Source of the DNA: Chloroflexota bacterium
GTDB taxonomy: Bacteria; Chloroflexota; Limnocylindria; Limnocylindrales; CSP1-4
DNA length: 64,000 nt
Direction: 5' to 3'
NCBI GenBank assembly: GCA_003141455.1
Contig: PLMA01000067.1
Location: 85,850-149,849 of the forward strand
Position numbers and translations under genes: made by a program. Of this stretch, positions 47,981-56,381 are shown piece by piece (the first letter of the stretch is position 1; each line of letters opens with the position of its first letter). The notes beneath the pieces are model-generated. The model saw only the letters and a list, made by a program, of their open reading frames with translations. It was not told where the DNA came from and ran no database searches.

Positions 47981-48328
47981 ATGAACAAGCAGGCCGTGTC
48001 GACCCCGTTCAATCCCATTGGCAGCGAGTTCGCCGCGTCTCGCGAGTTGAGGCGGCGCGACCCTGCGTATGCGGCAGCCGAGGCCGAGTTGGCTCCGATG
48101 GAGGCGCTGGCCAGGCTCTTGATCGCCTACCGCATTGAGCAGGGGCTGACCCAAATGGCTCTCGCCGAGCGCGTGGGCACGAGTAAGACCGCCATCTGCC
48201 GGCTCGAGAGTGGCCAGCACAAGCCTTCGGTGGAGACGCTCGTGAAGATAGGGCGTGCGCTCGGGCAGAAGCTGGTCATTGGCTTTGAGGATGCGTCCGG
48301 CCGGAGGGACGTCGCGACCATTTCTTAG
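47981..48328 (+). CDS. Orphan XRE-family HTH antitoxin (HigA-like)
   Basis: RDP.Y.AAE.EL...LA.LLI.YR...GLTQ..LAERVGTSK.AI.RLESG.H.PS..TL.KI..ALG. Confidence 0.85.
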   Translation: MNKQAVSTPFNPIGSEFAASRELRRRDPAYAAAEAELAPMEALARLLIAYRIEQGLTQMALAERVGTSKTAICRLESGQHKPSVETLVKIGRALGQKLVIGFEDASGRRDVATIS

Positions 48329-48509
48329 TTCGCCGTGGGCCTGAGCAACGCTACGGTGAAGCTGGCCCGGGGCGGGAAGCAGGGCGATCCCTGTGGTCCC
48401 GGCGCGGCGACTCCAATGGTCTGCCTTCGACTGCAGGCTGGCGCGCAGGCAGACGTCCACCGGCAGTCTCCCGCCCATTCGGCCGAAGGCCAACTGGTTC
48501 CCCCGGAGT

Positions 48510-48535
48510 GCGTGGCGGTGCTCCCCTACTCTAGC
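48510..48535 (-). repeat. 26-bp promoter/leader repeat, copy 3
   Basis: GCGTGGCGGTGCTCCCCTACTCTAGC. Confidence 0.9.
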
Positions 48536-48562
48536 GAGACGGGGCAAGCCGAGATGGTTGCG

Positions 48563-48856
48563 TCAACAGTCCTGCGCGTATTCCTCGAGCAGCTGGCGCA
48601 CCACCGCGCTGACGCTCTTGCCCTCGCTCGCTGCGCGCGCCGACACGCGACGATGGAGCGCGTCGGGAACCCGGGCTTCGATCCGGGGGGAATGGCCGCC
48701 AGCGGCTGCGCTCAAGGAGGGCCGCCCTCGGCGAGGCTTCCAGGTCGAAAGATCGAAGCCTTCTTCGGCCCTCTCGGCCAAGCGGTCGAGATCGGTCTCG
48801 GACAGGGCTCGTCGGCTCTTGGCGATGACCTTCCCGGTCGTCACTGTTCTCGCCAT
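48563..48856 (-). CDS. RHH/CopG antitoxin
   Basis: ERAEEGFD.....RRGRPSL......SP.I.ARV...L...V..RA..EGKSVS.VVR. Confidence 0.85.
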   Translation of the reverse strand: MARTVTTGKVIAKSRRALSETDLDRLAERAEEGFDLSTWKPRRGRPSLSAAAGGHSPRIEARVPDALHRRVSARAASEGKSVSAVVRQLLEEYAQDC

Positions 48857-49124
48857 CGCATCTCCCTGACGTAGGTCTCGGTGTACTTCGGGCGCATTTG
48901 CATGATGTGGATCACCAGGAGATCCCCATTCGCCTGCTCGACAGCAACGACTTCCAACGGAACGCCGTTCTGGTCGGGACCTAGGAACAGGACGAGATCG
49001 GACTCGCCTGCTTCTGGATTGGGCTGGTACAGCGGGCACAGGCAGTGGCGCACGACATAGCGCGCCCGGTCCGAGCCGATCCCGTGTTTCGAGGCCGAGC
49101 GATGAAAGCGGATCGTCTTCCCAC
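48841..49124 (-). CDS. RelE/BrnT-fold toxin with a defective or non-canonical 5' end
   Basis: IRFHRSASKHGI...L.LGPD.NG..LEV......LLVIH.M.MR.KY; GTG 49124 (6 nt after CATAAT) is one base out of frame. Confidence 0.7.
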
Positions 49125-49308
49125 CTCGTAATTATGTCGGACACAATGCAGTCGTCAAGGGCCGCCTGGCTGCCGTGAGTCTGCTGGCGATTGTGAGCAC
49201 GGGCGCTTATCTCCCGGTTGTGGGGCGGTTAGGCACGCGAGCGGCCGGTCCCACACTGAGGCCGGCGCGTATACAGACTGAGGGAACACGCCGGAGGGAG
49301 GGACGGAC

Positions 49309-49569
49309 ATGAGCGGGAGGCCGCGGCGGTTGGAGGCGCCCAAGCATGCCGGCGGGTCGTGCGGAGCCGACTACACGGCCCGGGCAGTCGAATCCACGAC
49401 GGCGGTGGTCGTGATCGTGACCGAGTATCCCGGCTTCGGTATCTCGCTAGGGTGTACCGCCGAAGCCGAGTTTCGCACCGCCGACGCGACGCTATCGGCC
49501 CCTCTCGGCAATCGCGCCGTGCTCGAAGTCACGCAGGGTATGCCGGTGTCGGTGACGTTGACGCCGTAA
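49309..49569 (+). pseudogene. Probable C-terminal remnant of a secreted protein
   Basis: CGADY.A.AVES..AVVVIV.E....C.AEAEFRTA...L..PLGNRAVL; the N-terminus is not protein-like. Confidence 0.4.
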
Positions 49570-49608
49570 CGCGGCGCAGCCGCCACGGTGGGCGTAGGCA
49601 CCCGTCCG

Positions 49609-49899
49609 TCAACGCGCCGACGTGGCTGAGGCGGCGGAACGAGCGTCCTGGATCGTGACGATAGCGACTCGATCTGTCGCGTCATCGAAGACGTAGACGA
49701 CCAGCATCCAGCGCCAGGGCCCGAGGACGAAGCGAAGGTCAGACCAGCGGCCTTCCAGGGGAGCGCCCAGGCGCGGAAACCGAGCCAATGGGCGAAGCGA
49801 TCGCTTCAGCCGGTCGCGCGTATCGGGCGGCAGACTCAATGTTCGGATCAGGTTGTCTAGATCGGCCAATGCCGTGGGGGTGACGACGACGGTCGCCAC
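49609..49899 (-). CDS. ParE/RelE-like toxin
   Basis: VVVTPTALADL...L.RFP.LG......R.......LVVY.......V.IV.I.DAR. Confidence 0.85.
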   Translation of the reverse strand: MATVVVTPTALADLDNLIRTLSLPPDTRDRLKRSLRPLARFPRLGAPLEGRWSDLRFVLGPWRWMLVVYVFDDATDRVAIVTIQDARSAASATSAR

Positions 49900-49902
49900 C
49901 GT

Positions 49903-50157
49903 CTAGAGATCCTCCAGCGGGGTGCCCTGGCCGGCCCGCGCCTCCCCTACCCCACGCTGGGCGCGGTCGAACGCACCCGGGATCCGATCCAGCAGGTCCG
50001 CGATGTTCTGAGGATCCGGGTCGGCCTCCTCGAGAGCTGTCGACAGCATGGAACGAGCAATTGTCCCGGGGTTGGTGTGCGTTCGGTCGGCCAGACGACG
50101 GAGCTTAGCCGCGTGCTCTTCGTCAAGGACCACGTTCAAGCGAGATGTCTTGCTCAT
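49903..50157 (-). CDS. Antitoxin (RHH-like) cognate to the ParE-like toxin
   Basis: RLNVVLD....KL..LA.RT....T.ARS.L..A; C-terminal GTPLEDL; 3 nt upstream of the toxin. Confidence 0.8.
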   Translation of the reverse strand: MSKTSRLNVVLDEEHAAKLRRLADRTHTNPGTIARSMLSTALEEADPDPQNIADLLDRIPGAFDRAQRGVGEARAGQGTPLEDL

Positions 50158-50196
50158 GTTCGCTGAGCATACACGAGAGCACACACGCTGTGCATG

Positions 50197-50211
50197 ATTG
50201 AGGGACTCAAT
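50197..50211. promoter_or_regulatory. Palindrome between the divergent TA pair and esterase gene
   Basis: ATTGAG-GGA-CTCAAT. Confidence 0.4.
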
Positions 50212-50242
50212 GTCGGCGGCCCTCGCGCGCTAGGATAGAGAA

Positions 50243-51715
50243 ATGGAAGCGACACGACTCCTGAAGGTATTTGTGGGGCTCTCGTTCCTGGTCGGCGTGG
50301 CGGCGTGCTCCGGCGCGACCAGCACGGTCCCCGTCAGTGCCGGCAGCTCTGGGACGGCCACTGCCGTCCAGTCGTCGGGCACCGCCGCCCCCAGCGCCGC
50401 CGGCCCGGCCAGCGTCGTCTCCATCAACAGCGGCGGCCCGCAGACGGGCGGCTTCGCGGCCGATCAGTTCTTCACCGGCGGCGCCACCTACGGCAACAAC
50501 GCGACCAGCGACATGTCGCAGATCACGTCCACCCCGCCGCCCGCGGCGATCTTCAACACCGAGCGGTACGGAGCGATGACGTACACCATCCCCGACCGCT
50601 CGGGCGCGCAGGCCGTCACCCTCTACTTCGCCGAGACATACCTGTCGGGCCCGGGCCAGCGGCTGTTCGACGTGACCATCAACGGCACGACGGTCCTCTC
50701 GAAGTTCGACATCTACGCCGGCGCCGGAGGCCCGAACCGCGCCATCGCCAAGACGTTCACCACCACCGCCAACTCAAGCGGCCAGGTGGTGATCCAGTTC
50801 ATATCCGGCACCGAGAACCCCAAGATCAACGGCATCACGGTCAGCGGCAGCGGTAGCACCCCCACGCCCCCGCCCCCGACTCCGACCCCAACGCCCGCCG
50901 CACCGCCCACCAACAGCGCCGACGTCAAGCCCAGCGCCGGCTGCGGCAAGACCCCCGCGCTGGCGAACGGGTCGATCACCATCCAGAGCAACGGCACGCG
51001 CTCGTACATCCTCCGCGCCCCGGACAACTACGACAGCAACCATCCGTACCGGCTCGTCCTCGCCTACCACTGGATGGGCGGAACGGCGCAGCAAGTGGCC
51101 GACGGCACCGGGGCCACGGAGGCCCCGTTCTACGGCCTCTGGAACCCGGCCAACAACAGCACCATCTTCGTGGCGCCGGTGGGCCTGGGTTCGGGCACGA
51201 ACACCGGCTGGCCGAACACCAACGGCCAGGACGTCGCATTCACCGACGCAATGCTCGCCCAGCTCGAGGCCGGGCTCTGCATCGACACGGGCCGGATCTT
51301 CGCCACCGGGTTCAGCTACGGCGCCGGCATGTCCTACGAGCTCGCGTGCGCCAGGCCCGACGTGTTCCGGGGAGTCGCGCTCTATTCGGGCGGAGCGCTC
51401 AGCGGCTCCTGCGGCGGCACAACGCCCATCGCCTTCTACGCATCGCACGGCCTGAGCGACAGCGTCCTCGACATCTCGAACGGGCGGGCCCTACGCGGCC
51501 ACTTCGTGCAGGTCAACGGCGTAACACCACAGGACCCACCCGAGCCTGCGGTCGGCAGCGGGACGCACATCTGCACGACGTACAAGGGGGGCTCCGCCCA
51601 GCACCCGGTCGAATGGTGCGCCTTCGACGGTGACCACAACCCGAATCCGCACGACAGCGGCCAGAGCACCAGCTGGAACCCCCCGCAGGTGTGGGCTTTC
51701 ATCAGTCAGTTCTGA
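50243..51715 (+). CDS. Lipoprotein: malectin domain + Pro/Thr linker + CE1-like (feruloyl) esterase
   Basis: VAAC lipobox; INSGG..FAADQFF...IFNTER...V.LYFAE.....RLFDV.ING..FDI; GFSYGAG nucleophile elbow; C-terminal HNP. Confidence 0.85.
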   Translation: MEATRLLKVFVGLSFLVGVAACSGATSTVPVSAGSSGTATAVQSSGTAAPSAAGPASVVSINSGGPQTGGFAADQFFTGGATYGNNATSDMSQITSTPPPAAIFNTERYGAMTYTIPDRSGAQAVTLYFAETYLSGPGQRLFDVTINGTTVLSKFDIYAGAGGPNRAIAKTFTTTANSSGQVVIQFISGTENPKINGITVSGSGSTPTPPPPTPTPTPAAPPTNSADVKPSAGCGKTPALANGSITIQSNGTRSYILRAPDNYDSNHPYRLVLAYHWMGGTAQQVADGTGATEAPFYGLWNPANNSTIFVAPVGLGSGTNTGWPNTNGQDVAFTDAMLAQLEAGLCIDTGRIFATGFSYGAGMSYELACARPDVFRGVALYSGGALSGSCGGTTPIAFYASHGLSDSVLDISNGRALRGHFVQVNGVTPQDPPEPAVGSGTHICTTYKGGSAQHPVEWCAFDGDHNPNPHDSGQSTSWNPPQVWAFISQF

Positions 51716-51776
51716 TACTCCGCGGAGACTCCGCTCGACGACTGGCCGCGCTCAAGAACGCCCCGGAGCCGGAGGT

Positions 51777-52865
51777 TCAGTACCAGCCGTGCTCGGTCCG
51801 GAATGCCAGGGCGGCACACGGCGATCCATAACGCTCGGTCATGTAGTCGACGCCCCACTCAGCCTGCACTACCGGGTTATCCCGCCACGCCCGGTACAGC
51901 CGTGCGGCCTCGGGATCGCCGGCCTTTGCCGCTGCCGCGGCCTTGGCCTCTGCCCACTTTCCCAGCTTGCTCGCCGGGTAGGCCTGAGGCAAGCCGTACG
52001 CGCCCGACCTCTTGTTGGTGGCATGCGGATCCCAGCGAGCTTCGTACTCGAATATCAGGCTGGCGCACTGAGACTGAGACCGGCCCCAGTGCCGATCCAC
52101 GCCGGCGCCCAATCGGGCGCCCAGATAGTTCCTCGCGTCCTGGACCGTTGGCAGAGCGACCGACGCTACCTGGAGTGGCCGCGCCTCGACGACGGCGGGC
52201 GCCGGAGTGTTCGGTACCGGCTTGACTGGTTCCGCGTTCGAGGTCGGGGCCGGCGTCGGTCCAGGCGTCGGGTTGGAGGTCGCACCGAGCGTCGGTCCGG
52301 GTGTCGGGTTCCAGGTCGGGCCCGGCGTCGGCACGGCTGTCGGGCTCGAGGTCGCCGGCGGCTGCTCGGTGATCGATGGAAGACTCGCTATCTGAGCCGA
52401 GTCGGCGACAACGACGAGAACCGGCGCATTGCGAGTCGGCAGGGCATCGGCCGAGGCAGTCGAAGGGACGGCGGAGGCACTGCCGGCGACCAGAACCGCC
52501 ACGACGGTAGCGTATGCACCGAACGTGGAGATGCCACGCAGGCGGCCGGCCAGGATGGCCGACGTTCGAGCCTGACTACGTCCGCCCCGGCAGTTCGCGC
52601 CGAATGCCACCAGTTCGTCGTAGGTAATCGGGAATTCGATGCCCCATTGATCGAGCGCGGTGCCATGCCTCGGCAGCAACGTCGGGATCGAAAGGCGCCA
52701 GGAGGAAATGGCCTGGGCGAAGCTCGATGGGGTCGGCTGTACGAGCCCAGCAAGATCCTCGGGGAGCAGCGGAAACTGGATACCCCATTGACCCAGGGCA
52801 TCGAGGGACGACCGCGGGGCCGCAGTTTGGCGCATACATGGACTGTCGGGCAAACGCCGCCGCAT
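51777..52865 (-). CDS. Membrane-anchored lysozyme-like/lytic transglycosylase domain protein
   Basis: C...E..W.P.A....SGAYGLPQA.P..K...NP..Q.EWG..Y...RYG.PC.A......GWY, Pro/Thr stalk, TM; start uncertain. Confidence 0.8.
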   Translation of the reverse strand: MRRRLPDSPCMRQTAAPRSSLDALGQWGIQFPLLPEDLAGLVQPTPSSFAQAISSWRLSIPTLLPRHGTALDQWGIEFPITYDELVAFGANCRGGRSQARTSAILAGRLRGISTFGAYATVVAVLVAGSASAVPSTASADALPTRNAPVLVVVADSAQIASLPSITEQPPATSSPTAVPTPGPTWNPTPGPTLGATSNPTPGPTPAPTSNAEPVKPVPNTPAPAVVEARPLQVASVALPTVQDARNYLGARLGAGVDRHWGRSQSQCASLIFEYEARWDPHATNKRSGAYGLPQAYPASKLGKWAEAKAAAAAKAGDPEAARLYRAWRDNPVVQAEWGVDYMTERYGSPCAALAFRTEHGWY

Positions 52866-52942
52866 TCAAACCGTACGAGCGGAGAATCCTCAATCGCCGG
52901 ATGTACTGCCGCCACCTGACTGTCGGCGTGTGGCCGAGCGCC

Positions 52943-54037
52943 CTACGGCAGCGAGAAGTGGAGCGTCCAGTTCCCCTGGAACCGGACTTCGTGCCCCCAT
53001 GGGCTCCCCTCGGTCGGCGCGTTGCCAATCAGCTCGCTGGCAGTCACGGTCCAGTCGCCGGTTGGGTCCTCGACACCCGCCGTGTATACGGTCGTCAGCG
53101 ATCCGCCGGTGGCTGTCGTCGACATCAGACCGTCAAGGCTCCGGCCGGCGTGGCTGACGTATACGTTCGGCATCCAACTGTTCCCGCTTGACGGGGCTCC
53201 GGCCAAGCGAAGTTCCAGCCGGACCGCCGATGGTGAGGTGATTATCCGTTCGAGGGTGATCGTGACGCCGTTGCTCTGGGCGGAGACGAGTGGCGTCGCC
53301 TGCGAACCACCACCCACAGTCAGCTCGAAGGAGAACGTCGCGTTTACGGCAACCTCATGCCCGGTCGCCCACGACGGGTCGTTGGTGGGAGGCGGGGTCC
53401 GCCCATCGTCACCGACGACCGAAGACACGGTCACTGAGAACTCCCGTCGACCGGGGGGAGCGAGCCCAGGCGTGTGCTCGAACAAGAAGATATTGGCGGT
53501 CGTCGTGGCGTTGACCGGATTCGAAGCTCCCGTGGACTCGCTCCATTCGCCCCCAGCGGTGTCGGCCACGGACACGCGGCCGATGTTGATCAGATCCCAC
53601 CTGTTCTGTGTGTCCACGACGGTGACGCCGACCATCATCCGGTTGGCGTCGGCGTAGGCCCGCTCCAGGGTGATCTGGTAGCCATCTACGGTCTTGGTCA
53701 GGCCCAGCACCTGGGCGTGATCCCACATATAGCCGCCGTCGGCGTTGTAGAACGCAGCGGGACCGCCGGATGCGGACGTGCTCATCAGCACAGCCGCCGT
53801 AAGGAGGACCGCTACCAGCACCGGGACGATGGCCAGGCTGCGCCGGCGTGTAAGTCTCAGGCGCGGAAGAGCCAGGCGCGGGAACCGGGGAGTCTGCGGG
53901 TGCCATTGCATCGCGGCTGCCGATCGCTTCTCGAGCGCGGCCGCAAGGTCGGCCGGAATCTCCGCGGCATAGGCCTCAGCGAGGAGCGACTCGAGATCCT
54001 CGGGCTTGCCTCCGGTGAAGGATCTATGCATCGTCAC
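52943..54037 (-). CDS. DUF4179-like transmembrane anti-sigma factor
   Basis: Short cytoplasmic N-terminus, one TM, two beta-sandwich repeats (DGYQITLER / NGVTITLER); coupled to an ECF sigma. Confidence 0.75.
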   Translation of the reverse strand: MTMHRSFTGGKPEDLESLLAEAYAAEIPADLAAALEKRSAAAMQWHPQTPRFPRLALPRLRLTRRRSLAIVPVLVAVLLTAAVLMSTSASGGPAAFYNADGGYMWDHAQVLGLTKTVDGYQITLERAYADANRMMVGVTVVDTQNRWDLINIGRVSVADTAGGEWSESTGASNPVNATTTANIFLFEHTPGLAPPGRREFSVTVSSVVGDDGRTPPPTNDPSWATGHEVAVNATFSFELTVGGGSQATPLVSAQSNGVTITLERIITSPSAVRLELRLAGAPSSGNSWMPNVYVSHAGRSLDGLMSTTATGGSLTTVYTAGVEDPTGDWTVTASELIGNAPTEGSPWGHEVRFQGNWTLHFSLP

Positions 54038-54635
54038 GGTAGGACTCCCTCAAGACTGCGAGCGCACGGCTCAGGAGCTTCTGGGTTGCAGCCTCACTCT
54101 TGCCGATCACCCCGGCGATCTCGCGAGCGGTGAGGCCGCCGGCGTAGCGAAGGACGGTAGCGTCTCGCTGGACGGCAGAGAGGCGGTCAACTCGGGCTCG
54201 AAGGTCCGCCATCTGTTCGCGCTTCATGACGGCATCCTCGAGCCCGATCGGCTCACGCGGTTCGGTCTCCGAGTCCGACCCTGCAGCCGGCTCGACGACC
54301 AGCCGATGCCGACGTTTGGACCGCCCGGCGTCCAGGGCTGCGTTTCGGGCAATCGTGAACAACCAGGCGATGACGCCTCCGCCCATGGGCCGATAGCGCC
54401 CCATCGCCGCGAACGCCCGCTCGAAGACGACCGCCGTGAGCTCCGCCGCCTCGTCGTCCGACGCGGTTCTGGCACGGAGGAAGCGAAAGACGCTCAGGTG
54501 ATGGCGCCGGTAGAGCAGGGCAAAGGCATCCGAAGGTCGGACAGCCGTGGCCAGGTCCTCTTCCGGCTCCTCCGCCGCCCCCGAGCCATCGAGTTCCGCC
54601 GCTTCGATCCCGGTCACGCTTCCCTCCTGCGGCAT
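54024..54635 (-). CDS. ECF RNA polymerase sigma factor
   Basis: AFALLYRRH...V.RF, AAELTA.VF, WLF.IARN..D, region 4 L...QR....LRY..GLT.REIA.V.G.S. Confidence 0.93.
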   Translation of the reverse strand: MPQEGSVTGIEAAELDGSGAAEEPEEDLATAVRPSDAFALLYRRHHLSVFRFLRARTASDDEAAELTAVVFERAFAAMGRYRPMGGGVIAWLFTIARNAALDAGRSKRRHRLVVEPAAGSDSETEPREPIGLEDAVMKREQMADLRARVDRLSAVQRDATVLRYAGGLTAREIAGVIGKSEAATQKLLSRALAVLRESYRDDA

Positions 54636-54851
54636 TGTCGCCTACATGTACAACGCGCAACCTGGACAAACCGGACAAGCGCGGCCGTCTCGAGGATGGC
54701 GGCGCTCCCATACGCCACATCCCCTACCCCGGTTGCGTGACGGTCGAAACAGGCCCTGGCGGCCGCCAGCCCCGCCAGCAGACTCGCACCGTCGGGCGGC
54801 GCTATGGCCGCGCCGTTGGTGACCGGGCCGCAGATCTGCGAGAGTTGCCCC

Positions 54852-56303
54852 ATGAGCGGAGACGATCCGATGCGCATCTTCACCGGTGTCGCGGCGGCGT
54901 ACGACCGTGTTGCGACGATTCTGTCGCTAGGACAGGATCCGCGATGGCGGCGGGCGCTCGTGGACGCAATCGAAGCTACGCCGGCTGACCGCGTCCTGGA
55001 CGTCGCAACCGGGACCGGAATGGTCGCCGCGGCGGTGCACGCTCGATACGGCTGCACCGTGGTGGGGCTCGACCAGAGCTCGGACATGCTGGCGGTGGCA
55101 CGGACGCGAGCCGGCGTCTACGAGACCGTCGTCGAAGGGCGCGCGGAGAAGCTGCCGTTTCCGGACGCGGCATTCGACCACCTCACCTTCACGTATCTCC
55201 TGCGCTACGTCGACGATCCCGCGGCCGTGATGCGGGAGCTGGCCCGAGTCGTGAAGCCCGGAGGTCGGGTGGCGATGGTCGAGTTCGGCCTGCCGGGTGG
55301 CGTGTGGCGTCCGTTGTGGTGGCTCTACACGCGCATCGGGCTTCCGGTGGCGGGCCGCTTGTTCTCCGCAAAGTGGTCCGCGGTGGGCGCCTTCCTGGGT
55401 CCAAGTATCGAGCGCTTCTACGCCCGCAATTCGCTTCCCGCCGTCGAGGGATACTGGCGCGAGGCCGGACTCGGCGACGTGCGCACACAGCGACTGAGCG
55501 TCGGTGGCGGTGTCGTCATAAGCGCGACGAAGCGCGAGGCGCCGCGGGCGCCTACCCGGGTCGAGCCACCGCGCTCCCCCACCCCGGCGTCTCTCGCGCC
55601 GGCGTTCTATGCGCGGCCAGGCGGCGGATGGCGCGACTACTGGACGCTCATCCATCCGCCCTACACCGTGTGGCATCTGTCGTACGTGCTCCTCGGGGCG
55701 GCCCTGGCACCCTCGCCCGACCCCAAGATCGTCGCGGGCGCGCTCGTGGCGTTCGGGCTCGCCGTGGGCGTCGGCGCGCATGCGTTCGACGAGCTGAACG
55801 GCCGGCCTCTGCGCACGCGGATTCCATCCCCGGTGCTCGTCGGCCTCGGCACTGTGGCGCTCATTCTCGCGGTGGCGATCGGCCTCGCCGGGGCGACGAC
55901 GGTAGGACCGCTGTTCCTTCTCTTTGTGATCGGTGGTGCCGCGGTCGTGCTGCTTTATGCGTTCGAGGCGCCCCTCGTGCACACGGACGTCGGATTCGCG
56001 ATCGCATGGGGCGCGTTCCCCGTCGCGGCGACCGCGTACGCGACAGGCGCTCATCCGGTGCCGACCGCGCTCGCGGCCCTCGCGGCCGCGCTGCTGAGCC
56101 TCGCGCAGCGGCGGCTCTCAACTCGCGCGCGCTCGATCCGGCGTCGCGCCGTGACGGTTAGCGGCGAGATCGTCTATTCGGACGGGTCGAAGGAATCTAT
56201 CGACGCGCGCGGACTCATCGGCGCGGCCGAAGGAGCGCTCTCCATCTTGTGGCTCTCGATCTTCGCGGTCTCGCTAGCGGTGCTGCTCGTCCACTGGCTC
56301 TGA
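54852..56303 (+). CDS. Fusion of a UbiE/MenG-like methyltransferase and a UbiA-like membrane domain
   Basis: YDRV..ILSLGQD.RWRR, VLDVATGTG, AEKLPF, RVVKPGG; then HPPYT.WHLSYV, AHAFDE..GRPL and ~8 TM segments, in one frame. Confidence 0.8.
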   Translation: MSGDDPMRIFTGVAAAYDRVATILSLGQDPRWRRALVDAIEATPADRVLDVATGTGMVAAAVHARYGCTVVGLDQSSDMLAVARTRAGVYETVVEGRAEKLPFPDAAFDHLTFTYLLRYVDDPAAVMRELARVVKPGGRVAMVEFGLPGGVWRPLWWLYTRIGLPVAGRLFSAKWSAVGAFLGPSIERFYARNSLPAVEGYWREAGLGDVRTQRLSVGGGVVISATKREAPRAPTRVEPPRSPTPASLAPAFYARPGGGWRDYWTLIHPPYTVWHLSYVLLGAALAPSPDPKIVAGALVAFGLAVGVGAHAFDELNGRPLRTRIPSPVLVGLGTVALILAVAIGLAGATTVGPLFLLFVIGGAAVVLLYAFEAPLVHTDVGFAIAWGAFPVAATAYATGAHPVPTALAALAAALLSLAQRRLSTRARSIRRRAVTVSGEIVYSDGSKESIDARGLIGAAEGALSILWLSIFAVSLAVLLVHWL

Positions 56304-56324
56304 CGGGCGGGAGTCGCCCGCCCG
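56304..56324. terminator. GC hairpin between convergent genes
   Basis: CGGGCGGG-AGTCG-CCCGCCCG; no U-tract. Confidence 0.45.
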
Positions 56325-56381
56325 CCCCGCCGAACCCGCCGCGGCCGCTGAGGCGCGAGCCCTCCCCCACCCTGCGTCACT

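Noticed and set aside
40845-50157. Prophage, IS or classical integron as the explanation for the island
   Set aside because: No integrase, transposase, terminal inverted repeats, phage genes or attC-type GTTRRRY/RYYYAAC pairs were recognised by eye.
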